In this document: positions 22,045 to 31,462 of the stretch, in pieces
How the letters are laid out: every line of letters begins with the position of its first letter
Position numbering within the stretch: the first letter of the stretch is position 1
Virus record (IMG/VR): IMGVR_UViG_3300027797_000012
Location: 66,554-130,553 of that record
Strand: one strand, 5' to 3'
Origin: a virus
DNA length: 64,000 bases
Program-made: the position numbers and the translations under genes
Notes under the pieces: model-generated
What the model saw: only the letters and a program-made list of their open reading frames with translations
What the model was told of the DNA's origin: nothing
Database searches by the model: none

Positions 22045-23064
22045 CTAACCTTTCTTAGAATATAGTTTAAGTGCACTTGACAGCGCGATTGCTGCATCGG
22101 TGCGAGTTGGTATTGCGTTTACATAGTCCTTACGTTGTTCTTTAGCAAGTGCGTTTCTTTCTTCTTGAGACATATCTTCTATCTTTGAAGCTAGATGCGC
22201 CCATGAACTGCCAATAGCGCTACTCTCTCGCCAATCTGTAGCTACAGGGGTTAACGTATTTATACATTGTATAAGTCTGTATGACCACCACGTGCCGTTT
22301 AGGTGCGGATTGAACAAGGCTCCTACGCCGGCAGCAATTTGATTTTCTACCTGCATGTCTGTCCAACCTTTATGCCACTTCATAGGAACCGTAGGTCTTT
22401 GTAAAGTAGCAGTTGTTGATTTTACCCACGATGATGAATAGTTTTCAACTACCCACTTTTCACGGCGTTCTAGCTCGATAACATCTTGATTGTTTATAAG
22501 ATAGGAATCTAAACTTATAGGAATTAGTGAAGCAGCAGCGCCTTTCGGCAGTTGAGCAGCCACCTTACTTACGTCCTGCCACGGAAGGGAAGGATAGAGC
22601 GTTGTTGGCCATTCTTTAGTAAGTAGGTGCTCTACTACGTCTAATAAGTTTTGAAGCATGTTTGGCTGCGACGCTGTGTCATATCCTTTTCTATACGAAT
22701 AGAAAGGTTTAGTTAAGTTATCCGGTGTCTTTACTATTGCACGAAGGCTAGACGTAATCCGGTTTGGCTCCGGCGCGTCTAAGAAAAGAACTAGCTTATC
22801 GGTGTCAAGCAATACGTCTATAACGCTTAATGCGCCATAGACTCTGTTTGCGCTTAAGCTTGTCAAAGGGCTTAGCCCAACTAAAACGGAGTCGTACTCA
22901 TTTAAGTCTTTAGTGTTCCATGAGACTTCAGGATCTAGTTGCACTACGTCATGTCCTTGAAGAACTAGCACAGTCCTTATTACACTTGCAAACGACGCAG
23001 ATCTGGCATTTGCAGTTTCGGATGCGTGCGAAGCTGACATACCAGTTATAAGAATTTTGCTCAT
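22045..23064 (-). CDS. Putative GT-B (beta-glucosyltransferase-like) DNA glycosyltransferase, paralogue B
   Basis: KILITG...L...GHDV...YD.VLV...FLD...WWSYR; colinear with the upstream paralogue; sits beside the dCTPase-like gene. Confidence 0.5.
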   Translation of the reverse strand: MSKILITGMSASHASETANARSASFASVIRTVLVLQGHDVVQLDPEVSWNTKDLNEYDSVLVGLSPLTSLSANRVYGALSVIDVLLDTDKLVLFLDAPEPNRITSSLRAIVKTPDNLTKPFYSYRKGYDTASQPNMLQNLLDVVEHLLTKEWPTTLYPSLPWQDVSKVAAQLPKGAAASLIPISLDSYLINNQDVIELERREKWVVENYSSSWVKSTTATLQRPTVPMKWHKGWTDMQVENQIAAGVGALFNPHLNGTWWSYRLIQCINTLTPVATDWRESSAIGSSWAHLASKIEDMSQEERNALAKEQRKDYVNAIPTRTDAAIALSSALKLYSKKG

Positions 23065-24278
23065 GCTGGCGTCCCGTCAGCGTTACGCTTAACGCCTTTG
23101 TCCTCTGCAACAGCGCGCTCGATGATGCGATTGCAATGTTCTACAAACGCGGAGTACTCCGGGATATATGGAGCAAGTGCGGCGCGTTGAGCCATAGCCG
23201 CTTCATGTAGCTCTGTATCAGACATTTTCTCGACATCTGTAATCTTTAACTTATACGCATCGCCAAGTGGATCCCCTTCACCCTTATCGGTGACAAGTAT
23301 AGAACCCACATGCGCTGCGTATAGGAAGCGGCTGCGCCACCAGCCAGAGCCCGCGTGCGGATACGGCGGAGAAAGAATACCCCAGTGATGATTATAGAAT
23401 TCAATAACGTCTTGTTCAGTGTCAAAGCGTTGTCCGCCAAGTTTTTTAATAAGCTTACGACTTCCAACAATTTCAACCGGCCAGTCTGGATTTTTCTTTT
23501 CTAACCAAGTATCATGTGGCATAAGAGCTCCAAGCACCCATGCACGCTTCTTGCTTGTCGGTGGCAGAGGAGTAACTGGTTGCAACGTTGGGACAATAGT
23601 TGCCGTAGGGTCTAGAGCTTCGATAGGGCCAACTTCATCAGGCATACGCTTACGTACACTAGATCTATCTCCGAAAGCGTACATAGGGCACACTGGAACC
23701 ATACCAGCAGCCCATCTATCAGCAAGTAAGTCGCGAGCAGCTTCAACTAAACGCTTCTCGTAAGGCTTAATGTTTTCGTCGTTGTCCATCATATAGTAGC
23801 GTTCGATGTAGCACTTTTTTGCCGCCGCAGGATTTAATTCTTTAACTCGCTCGAGCGCTGCCTCGATGTCTGCGCGACTAAAATAAGTTGCGCCTTCTTC
23901 ACCGCGATGCTCAGTTCCTACAAGCAGATGCTTATACAACATCTCCGGTTTACGAATAAGCGCACGTGCACCGTTAAACACTGTGTTAAACTGCCAATCA
24001 TCAAAAAATCCTACACAAGGAATACCAGATGACAGTGCGTATAGCGCGCCCATCGCACCTTGACGACCATTCAACGAGTTAAGTGGTGCAAGATTTATCC
24101 ACAGTACATCATAACTAGAAAGATCTTCGCCTGGAGTAATTTTACGCCAGTCAACATCATGTCCAGCTTCGCGCAGTGCTTTAGCGACAGACGCAGGTAC
24201 GTCAATCTTTTGTATTGTGCGTTTTTCTGTGTTGATCTGCAACGCAGTGAAACCACTCATCAATACCTTCATGTCCAC
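23061..24278 (-). CDS. Putative GT-B (beta-glucosyltransferase-like) DNA glycosyltransferase, paralogue A
   Basis: MKVLMSG...ALREAGHDV...YDVLWI...FFDDW...GILSPPY...GWWRSRFLYA...GSILV, a GT-B-like pattern. Confidence 0.55.
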   Translation of the reverse strand: MDMKVLMSGFTALQINTEKRTIQKIDVPASVAKALREAGHDVDWRKITPGEDLSSYDVLWINLAPLNSLNGRQGAMGALYALSSGIPCVGFFDDWQFNTVFNGARALIRKPEMLYKHLLVGTEHRGEEGATYFSRADIEAALERVKELNPAAAKKCYIERYYMMDNDENIKPYEKRLVEAARDLLADRWAAGMVPVCPMYAFGDRSSVRKRMPDEVGPIEALDPTATIVPTLQPVTPLPPTSKKRAWVLGALMPHDTWLEKKNPDWPVEIVGSRKLIKKLGGQRFDTEQDVIEFYNHHWGILSPPYPHAGSGWWRSRFLYAAHVGSILVTDKGEGDPLGDAYKLKITDVEKMSDTELHEAAMAQRAALAPYIPEYSAFVEHCNRIIERAVAEDKGVKRNADGTPA

Positions 24279-24301
24279 TACCTTTCTAAGTAGATTTGGA
24301 A

Positions 24302-24335
24302 TATCATCTACGCACTGTACCAGGAATAGATGATA
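24302..24335 (-). promoter_or_regulatory. Extended -10 (TGG-TACAGT, 24314-24322) bracketed by a perfect 9-bp inverted repeat
   Basis: tatcatcta (24302-24310) and tagatgata (24327-24335) are reverse complements; located upstream of the modification operon. Confidence 0.5.
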
Positions 24336-24354
24336 GACCAGACTTACTTAGTCT

Positions 24355-24915
24355 TTAGAATGGAGCAGCCGGCGGAGCTGCAACGACTGGAGCTTCTGCT
24401 ACAGCCGGCGCAGGTGCAGGCGCCGGAGCTGGCGCGGCTGCCGGTGAAGGTGCAGGTGCAGGTGCCGGAGCTGGCGCGGCTGCTGCCGGTGTAGCGCCAG
24501 GTGTTGTAGCAGAAGGATAGTACTGCTTAATTTCGTTTTTCTTCTGACCTTGCCAGGTACGTGATGTTACCTGTGCACGGAAAGAACGTCCACGAATTGC
24601 TTGCTCGATTTGAGCGTTTGAAGGGTTGGTTGCAAAAAATTCACGACCAAGACCTAGAGCGTACATCTTACGAAAGAACATGCCTAGTGCAGCATTGTTG
24701 TCTGGAGTAACTACGAGGTTATCCCAAACAAGACGCTTAGCATGCGCTCCGTTTTGTACTTGTGCCTTAACGGCAAACATAGTCTTGCCTGATTGCGAGA
24801 CCTTTGCGGTAGCTTCTACAACTAGTAAGTCGTAATCGCCATCTGGTAGTGGATCATAGCCAGTTGAAACTTCGCCGGCATCTTTAACTAAATCGCCCCA
24901 GTTAAGAGTACTCAT
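24355..24915 (-). CDS. Single-stranded DNA-binding protein (DUF669-like)
   Basis: YDPLPDGDY...SGK.M......G....R.VWDN...NEIK; Pro/Ala tail ending in PF; follows the Sak4-like gene. Confidence 0.75.
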   Translation of the reverse strand: MSTLNWGDLVKDAGEVSTGYDPLPDGDYDLLVVEATAKVSQSGKTMFAVKAQVQNGAHAKRLVWDNLVVTPDNNAALGMFFRKMYALGLGREFFATNPSNAQIEQAIRGRSFRAQVTSRTWQGQKKNEIKQYYPSATTPGATPAAAAPAPAPAPAPSPAAAPAPAPAPAPAVAEAPVVAAPPAAPF

Positions 24916-24917
24916 CT

Positions 24918-25691
24918 TTAGTCATTTCCTTTCGTTGTTGGAGTTGCTTGTGGTGTTGGCCCGAAGATCATGTCTAGCATGCGCTCGATTCCAAGGTTTT
25001 CTTGTTCAACGATCTTTCCAAGTCGACCTTGTACTCGCTCGCCTGCTTCGTATTCGTCTGTGCGTTCTACGTACATACGACGTGCCTTAAACGGTGATTG
25101 CAGTGGATCTGGATTTGGAAAAGTTTCCACTGTAATTGCGCCAAGGATGTCATAGAAGTAAGGTGCTTGAATTGCGAGCTGACCCTGTAGGTACGGACGT
25201 GAACGTCCGTCTGCTCCAGGACGCGCCATAGCAGTCAATACAACAGCTTCTAGGGGCTGTGTAGGGTGCATTGTTAAGTCACGCAGGTCACGCAGTAGCG
25301 CACCCATGTGACGAAGCAACTCGCCCCATTGTTGCATTTTCATCTGTTCAGTACCCGCAATTGAATCCATGCACTTCACTTGAAGTTCAGAGATGGAGTC
25401 AATGATGAGTGACTTGAACTGATGCTTTCCAGTTTGTAACCACTGGAATGTTTTGAGAACAACATCGTAATCGCGAACGTTAACGACTACAGTATCCCAA
25501 GTGCCATCGGCAACTGGTGGTTCTTCTCGGATAGGGTCCCAATACTTAACGGTGATAGGTAGGAACCGATGCCCACCTTCAACATCAAGCATGAGACGTG
25601 GATACGGCGCGGTTACGGCGAAGGTTGATTTACCAACCTTTGATTCTCCGTAAACCATGATAGTCAGCGAACGTTGTACGTCAGACATCAT
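24918..25691 (-). CDS. AAA_24 / Sak4-like ATPase recombinase
   Basis: YGESKVGKST Walker A, LDVEGG, IIDSISE, QQWG. Confidence 0.8.
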   Translation of the reverse strand: MMSDVQRSLTIMVYGESKVGKSTFAVTAPYPRLMLDVEGGHRFLPITVKYWDPIREEPPVADGTWDTVVVNVRDYDVVLKTFQWLQTGKHQFKSLIIDSISELQVKCMDSIAGTEQMKMQQWGELLRHMGALLRDLRDLTMHPTQPLEAVVLTAMARPGADGRSRPYLQGQLAIQAPYFYDILGAITVETFPNPDPLQSPFKARRMYVERTDEYEAGERVQGRLGKIVEQENLGIERMLDMIFGPTPQATPTTKGND

Positions 25692-25721
25692 TGTTTCCTT
25701 TCATCTCTTGTTTGTGTAACA

Positions 25722-26648
25722 TTAGTCTGTTGTCTTTTCTTCTACGCCATAGTAAGCATATGGATTAGAAACTTCAAATGCGTCTTCTAACGCGGCCTCA
25801 GCAGCACTTCCATCGTCAAACATAGGACATATAGAGAAGAATGTACATTTCCATTTGCAATCGCGTGAAGGACTTGGGTACGCCGTAAAGCGGTGATCTG
25901 TGCCTTCGTCTAGCGCCTTACGTGTTGCAAGCATATCGGTAAGTGTTCCATGGATACGTTGCCAGAATGATCTTAAAGCAAAGACGTTATGTCGAACTTC
26001 CATCTGCTCGTAGAAGGGAGGGCGCGCATTAGCCGAACGCTTAACTTTCTTAAGCATAGTAAACAGTCCGCCTTCAGAGCGTTCACCTTCTTTGTTCTGT
26101 GCTGTCTCAAGAAGCATATAGGTAAGAATCTGTTCGTTCATGTGCGCCATTGCTGTAAAGTCGGTAAATGACCCACCTACTGTCTTAAAGTCACGGAACA
26201 TACGCACACCGTCAGCCTTACGACGAACACGCATATCAATCTTACCTTGCAGGATAACCTTGCCGTCAAAGAGTGGCATTTCAATAATCTCTTCTGTAGA
26301 GATCATTTCAAGCTCGGCATCAATGCCGTTTTCTTCAACCCATTGTAGGTAACCTTCAAGCATAATGCGCCCTAGCTCGGCTTCTGAATCTAAATCGAAA
26401 GTATCTCGGCCTTCGTTCTCTAGTAGAATTTTGTCCTGTTCGACTAGTTGCGCATGAGCTTCTTGTAGAGGTATCTGCTTAGAGTAGTACATGTCCAGCG
26501 CTTCATGGACGCGTGAACCTAAGGCAAGTGCGCCTGTGAATGACTTTTGTTTTGGCTGTAGGCGACGATAGTAACTTAACCACCAGCGTCTCTTACAATC
26601 TTTGTAAGTTTGAATCTCGGAGTTAGAGATTCTTATAGGTTGTGTCAT
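25722..26648 (-). CDS. PD-(D/E)XK RecB/Cas4-like exonuclease
   Basis: SNSEI..Y..C.RRW...G..VH..L...E...GKID...DFKT...Q...Y...C.W.C.F..IC. Confidence 0.85.
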   Translation of the reverse strand: MTQPIRISNSEIQTYKDCKRRWWLSYYRRLQPKQKSFTGALALGSRVHEALDMYYSKQIPLQEAHAQLVEQDKILLENEGRDTFDLDSEAELGRIMLEGYLQWVEENGIDAELEMISTEEIIEMPLFDGKVILQGKIDMRVRRKADGVRMFRDFKTVGGSFTDFTAMAHMNEQILTYMLLETAQNKEGERSEGGLFTMLKKVKRSANARPPFYEQMEVRHNVFALRSFWQRIHGTLTDMLATRKALDEGTDHRFTAYPSPSRDCKWKCTFFSICPMFDDGSAAEAALEDAFEVSNPYAYYGVEEKTTD

Positions 26649-28447
26649 AGCTTTCCTGCCTTATCGTCTTTGAGTAGTGAGAGAAGCTTGTCTTTATCTT
26701 TTACGATTTGTTCAAAGTTATCAGCCTTAGTTGATAGAACTTGGATAACACGTTCTTCAATTGAGCCGTCTGTAACGTAATCTGTAACAATAATCGAGTC
26801 GTGGATCTCAGAACCGATACGGTGCACGCGGTCAAGCGCTTGTTTGTGGTCAACAAGTGACCATGGACGTTGCAGCATTACTAAACGACGAGCTGCAGTT
26901 AAAGTAATTCCAACTCCGCCAGCCTGCGCGGTAAATAGAATCCACTTTAGCTTGCCCGACTGAAAATCATCAACCGCTTGCTGACGTTCATCTTCGTTCT
27001 GTGCTCCGGTTATCAAACCGTGAGGGATCTTAGCCTTTGTCATTTCCGCGCTTAATAACTCAATTAACTGACGCGATACTGCGCAGACTGCGACAGAATC
27101 ATCGCCAAAATCTCCGCTGTTTATGTCGCTCATTAAAGAATCTACCTTGCAAGAAGGCTCAGCAAGTATGGCGCGCATCTCGCCGGTGTCTTCGTTTACG
27201 TCCATGGTTGCATATGAACTTGCAAACTGGAGTAGGCGAATAGTTTGAGTAAGCGCTGAAGGTGCGGTAATCGCATCTCCAGACTCTAACTCTGCAATCA
27301 TGGTGTCGCGCATCTGGTCATAAGCCTTCTTTTGCTTAGTCGACATCTCTATATCGCGACGTTCAAACATCATTTCAGGTAACCATGGCAAAACTTTTGC
27401 CTTAAGCATACGACGCATACGTGGATTGACAGTTGCGTAGAACTCTTGTTCCATGTGTGGCTTTACGCCTAAAACCATCATGCCACCGAAGGCATTTAAC
27501 ATTACGTTAACCATACGATCAACCCAACGGGTCTTGCTTGGCCACTCTTCAGGTGATAGCCAGTGAAGGATAGACCATAGATCTAAAACGTTGTTTGCGA
27601 TAGGTGTTCCCGTTAACGCAAAGCGAATATCCGCGTCGCCTGTTGCAGCCCACAAAGCACGAGATTGCTTTGACTTTGGCTCTTTAGAGCGGTGTATCTC
27701 ATCAGCAATCACTGCCTTAAAGTCGATTTCGTTAAGTTCCCGCTTGTGAACCTCGCAACGATTTATTGTTGTTTTATCATCGTGCCCGCCGCAGTCTGTA
27801 CAACGAGCTAAGGCAACCGAGCCATAAGGTGCAAGACGCGAGTGAGAGCGCAAGGACTCCCAGTTAATAACGTATACGTCAGCCTCGCCCTCGAAGATCT
27901 TCCTACGCTGAGTTGCAGAGCCTTTGATAACTTCAACATCAACACCAGGCCACCACATATCAAACTCGCGCTTCCAGTTTTTCTTTAATGTGTTAGGGCA
28001 AACGATAAGAGCAGGGAAAACATCTTCGCCGTTGTCTTGTAGTTGCTTTAATGCTCTAATTGCCTGGGCTGTTTTACCTAAACCAGGCTCATCTGCTAAT
28101 AATGCTCTACGGGCTACCGATAGGAATTTAACGCCCGCACGCTGGTGCGGGAACAGGTCCTCGTTACCCTCTTCAAGGGTTTCTAGGTCACGAAGTTCAT
28201 TGGCTGGGGTAATACGTGTAGTCACTTCGTTGGTTGCCCAGGAGGCCAATCTAGGGCCAATCTCAAGGTCAGTCTTAAAGGTAGATCGCAACGCTAAGCA
28301 TGTTGCCCATGACGTAGGGACAGCCCACACCTGAGTCTTTGCGTCCCACTTCGCTCCTGGAATACTCTTGCAAAGCTCCTTGAGACGCCACTCGGTGTTT
28401 ATTATTACGTGCTTGCCCGATTCATCGAGCTCTACGTTTACTGGCAC
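26645..28447 (-). CDS. SNF2-family helicase
   Basis: LADEPGLGKT, DEIH, LTGTP..N, AGGVGITLT, QA.DRVHRIG. Confidence 0.9.
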   Translation of the reverse strand: MPVNVELDESGKHVIINTEWRLKELCKSIPGAKWDAKTQVWAVPTSWATCLALRSTFKTDLEIGPRLASWATNEVTTRITPANELRDLETLEEGNEDLFPHQRAGVKFLSVARRALLADEPGLGKTAQAIRALKQLQDNGEDVFPALIVCPNTLKKNWKREFDMWWPGVDVEVIKGSATQRRKIFEGEADVYVINWESLRSHSRLAPYGSVALARCTDCGGHDDKTTINRCEVHKRELNEIDFKAVIADEIHRSKEPKSKQSRALWAATGDADIRFALTGTPIANNVLDLWSILHWLSPEEWPSKTRWVDRMVNVMLNAFGGMMVLGVKPHMEQEFYATVNPRMRRMLKAKVLPWLPEMMFERRDIEMSTKQKKAYDQMRDTMIAELESGDAITAPSALTQTIRLLQFASSYATMDVNEDTGEMRAILAEPSCKVDSLMSDINSGDFGDDSVAVCAVSRQLIELLSAEMTKAKIPHGLITGAQNEDERQQAVDDFQSGKLKWILFTAQAGGVGITLTAARRLVMLQRPWSLVDHKQALDRVHRIGSEIHDSIIVTDYVTDGSIEERVIQVLSTKADNFEQIVKDKDKLLSLLKDDKAGKL

Positions 28448-28464
28448 CTTTTACTTATCCTTTC

Positions 28465-28487
28465 GTCGTTATGTCGCTATACTAACA
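28465..28487 (-). promoter_or_regulatory. Extended -10 (TGT-TAGTAT) followed by a 15-nt box shared with 33859-33873
   Basis: + strand gtcgttatgtcgcta vs gtcggtatgtcgcta (14/15 identical), both immediately before an RBS. Confidence 0.5.
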
Positions 28488-28535
28488 GGAAACTACAGAA
28501 ATGTTATTACATTTTCACTTAGTATGTAGTTTTTA

Positions 28536-28988
28536 TCATTGAAGCAGTCTTCTAGGAATCCAACCGAGCTTTACGCACTGTAGCAAGGCGTGTCGTATCG
28601 CATCAAGAGCGTGTCCTTCGCCGCCTACATACCAATACTCAAGCTTCTTAAGTTTAGAATTATCAAACATTGCCTTGGCGTCGGAAGGTGACTGAAGGAT
28701 GATGTCATCTGCCTTTCTTCCCGCGTCCATAAGACATTGCTTGAGAATACCAATTTGCTCGAGGCTGTACGGAGCCTGCGACTTTTTTGCCGTCTGAGCG
28801 TTAATGATAAAGCGCTCGCAGACAATAATTACGTCAGGGTACTCAACAAGAGTGTCACGAATAGGCTTAGCGTACTCTTCTTGTTGATACTCTCCAGCCC
28901 AGAGCAAGACAGGTTCTTCACCGCGCTCAAACGAGAACAATGTCATGCCTGTTGCCTTGCCTGGATCTACTGATAAGATTACCTTCAT
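28536..28988 (-). CDS. RuvC-like Holliday junction resolvase
   Basis: SVDPGKATG...VCERF...PS.AK...HALDA. Confidence 0.75.
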   Translation of the reverse strand: MKVILSVDPGKATGMTLFSFERGEEPVLLWAGEYQQEEYAKPIRDTLVEYPDVIIVCERFIINAQTAKKSQAPYSLEQIGILKQCLMDAGRKADDIILQSPSDAKAMFDNSKLKKLEYWYVGGEGHALDAIRHALLQCVKLGWIPRRLLQ

Positions 28989-30820
28989 CGATACTTTTCT
29001 CCCCAGTTCTCCATAGGTCCGTCAATTCCAGATGTCAAAGGTACAGCCCAGCCTTCGGTTGTAGTCATGCACTGCTTTACAATTTTCATAATCTCCTGCG
29101 CGTCCTCGCGCGGAGCATTGAGTACAATTTCATCGTGCACTGGGACGATAAGCAGTTCAGTTAATTCTGCCTGATCTAGCTTTATTAAGTTAGACTTAAA
29201 TACCTCGGCAGCTCCACCTTGAATTAAATAGTTAACAAGTGTGTATACTCGATCTTCATCGCAAGGCAAGCGTCTGCCAGTCCATGTGTAGACGTAGCCT
29301 TGGCCTTCTGCTTTAAGTCTACGCATACCGGCGTCTTCAATTTGTTTTTGAAAGAGTGACATACCAGGGAAGCGCATGTCGAACGCGTCTGAAACAGTTC
29401 TCATCTGACCTTCTGCTACACCAGCTGTAAGTGCTTGTTTTGCGACGCCTGCGCCGTAGAGACGGCCGTAGACAGTTCCTTTGATGAGATTACGACGCTT
29501 GTCCGACCGTTGCATCGTAGGGTCGTTGTAAATTTCACGACCAATTTCAGTGAACGGATCTGACCCTGTTGCATCTGCACGGTTAAATAGCGTGATGAGG
29601 TTTGGGTCTTGTGAGAGGGATGCGAACATTCTAAATTCGACCTGGTCAAGGTCTGATGTGATAATGACATGATCTTCATCCTTTGGAATAAACGCAGTAC
29701 GGACTGTATCGTCACCCTTAGGCAAAGTCTGTAGTGCTGGGTTCTGAATTGACATACGACTTGTTCGTGCGCCAAGTGTTTTTACAGATGGGTGGACAAA
29801 ACCATTCACATTGTCATTGATAAAGTTTGCAAAGTACGTGTTAGCGAGCTTGTCTGCCTTGCGCTGTTTGAGCACGATCTCGGCAAGTTCTTTTACCTCA
29901 GAGTTACCCGCAATAGCTAAGAATTGCAATTGGTCCTTAGATGCGGATTTTTGTCCTGAAGGCGTATACTCGTTAATCTCTGCGCCAAGTGACTCTAGCA
30001 AGCGCACTAGTTGAATGTTACTAGTTATAGAAACGCCAGCGTACTTTTGCTGCGCCCACGACTTGACTTGCTCCGTGTACGAAGTAAGCTCGTCAAACTT
30101 CTTTCTAGAGTAGTCTAGGTCAATTCGTGCGCCGTTGAGCTCCATACGTGTAACAATGCGGCGAGTCTGCATTTCAAGTTCGTACGCTTTATGGTACGGC
30201 TGTCCTGGACCACACTTCTCGTAAAACTGTTCCCATAAGCGCATAGTTAAGATGCAGTCTAGCGCACCGTATGACCAGTAAGGTTGAAAATTAGTAGGAA
30301 CAGTTCCCCATGTCCAACCGTTCTTAACAAGCTCTTCATCAAGTGTACCCTGCAGTGCAACCGCACGGCCGTCAACGTGTAGAGCAGCAAGACGCTTAAG
30401 CGCACCGGTGCCAAGTGGATCTATGATGTGCGCCATAATCATTGTGTCGTGCACTCTGTGCCAAGGTATTTTCCAACGCGACTGTATGTCAAACCATCGA
30501 GCTTCAAAAGCTACGTTGTGACAAACGATAGGTCCATCAAACTTATCCATAGCCTCATAGAAAACTCCGGCCCATTCATCCCACGGCATAGCCCAGGACT
30601 GTTTACCATCGCCAACTTGAACTAAACGTAGTCTGCCGTGCCATGGAGAAAGTGCATGGTCACGTGGATTGCCTGGAAGTTCTCCAGTTTCAGTGTCAAT
30701 TGCAATCGCGTTGTGAGGTCGTCGTTCACCTAGCCAAGTTATAAACTGACCTGCTTTTTCTACGCTGTCAATTAAGTGAAGCTGAACTCCTTCTAAGTTA
30801 TCAACCATTAGCTTCCTCAA
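28985..30820 (-). CDS. polA: DNA polymerase family A with 3'-5' exonuclease domain
   Basis: Exo DTET, HN..F, Y...D; TSRMS..NP.LQ; motif A DLDQVEFR; motif B R...K...YG..YG; motif C VHDE. Confidence 0.95.
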   Translation of the reverse strand: MRKLMVDNLEGVQLHLIDSVEKAGQFITWLGERRPHNAIAIDTETGELPGNPRDHALSPWHGRLRLVQVGDGKQSWAMPWDEWAGVFYEAMDKFDGPIVCHNVAFEARWFDIQSRWKIPWHRVHDTMIMAHIIDPLGTGALKRLAALHVDGRAVALQGTLDEELVKNGWTWGTVPTNFQPYWSYGALDCILTMRLWEQFYEKCGPGQPYHKAYELEMQTRRIVTRMELNGARIDLDYSRKKFDELTSYTEQVKSWAQQKYAGVSITSNIQLVRLLESLGAEINEYTPSGQKSASKDQLQFLAIAGNSEVKELAEIVLKQRKADKLANTYFANFINDNVNGFVHPSVKTLGARTSRMSIQNPALQTLPKGDDTVRTAFIPKDEDHVIITSDLDQVEFRMFASLSQDPNLITLFNRADATGSDPFTEIGREIYNDPTMQRSDKRRNLIKGTVYGRLYGAGVAKQALTAGVAEGQMRTVSDAFDMRFPGMSLFQKQIEDAGMRRLKAEGQGYVYTWTGRRLPCDEDRVYTLVNYLIQGGAAEVFKSNLIKLDQAELTELLIVPVHDEIVLNAPREDAQEIMKIVKQCMTTTEGWAVPLTSGIDGPMENWGEKYR

Positions 30821-31280
30821 ATATTGTCATTTCAATGTTGCACTTAATAAAGTACTCCATAACTTTTTCTGGCTGCCTGTGCTCTGCCTTTGATTGTATA
30901 CGCATAACTACTCTAGATACACCAGAATTGGATACTAACTTTGCGCATTGCATACACGCAGCGTCTGTTATGTATATGGTTCCGCCTTCAGTGCGCGATC
31001 TATCGACGTACAGTAGCGCGTTTGCCTCCGCATGTATGGACGGGCATGCGTCATACATATTGTCTAATGGGGCAGTGCCTTGTGCACGTGGGCACCAGTT
31101 AACACATTCGCCTTCATTTGGAAAAGAAGCAGCTGGCCCGTTGTAACCTGTAGAACTAACACGTTGATCTTTAGAAACTACAACCGCGCCAATTTGAGCG
31201 CGGCTACAACGAGAACGTAAGGCTACAGTGTCTGCAACCTGCATCCAGACTTCATCCCACGAAGGACGAGTGTTTGTCAT
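30801..31280 (-). CDS. dCMP deaminase
   Basis: RPSWDE...RSRC.R..IGAV...TGYNG...HAEANA...C..C. Confidence 0.9.
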   Translation of the reverse strand: MTNTRPSWDEVWMQVADTVALRSRCSRAQIGAVVVSKDQRVSSTGYNGPAASFPNEGECVNWCPRAQGTAPLDNMYDACPSIHAEANALLYVDRSRTEGGTIYITDAACMQCAKLVSNSGVSRVVMRIQSKAEHRQPEKVMEYFIKCNIEMTIFEEANG

Positions 31281-31462
31281 TCTGATAAGTCTCCCATGCC
31301 TTCTGTGACTGACGCGGCAAGTACTTTTGCAACTAACGAAAGAGCTTCCTTACGAGAAAAGCCTGCGCGCTTTAGCTCTTCAAACATCTCATGAAGCTGG
31401 ATTACCGCATCTCTTAGAGGGCTATCATCTTCTTCGTACTTCTTCATATCGTCATTACCCAT
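31277..31462 (-). CDS. Small hypothetical protein
   Basis: LHEMF..L..AGFSR.EAL helical motif; coupled to both neighbours. Confidence 0.6.
   Translation of the reverse strand: MGNDDMKKYEEDDSPLRDAVIQLHEMFEELKRAGFSRKEALSLVAKVLAASVTEGMGDLSE

Noticed and set aside
25722-26648. Cas4-like nuclease as part of a CRISPR-Cas locus
   Set aside because: No array or other cas genes; it lies in the usual exonuclease-Sak4-SSB recombination module.
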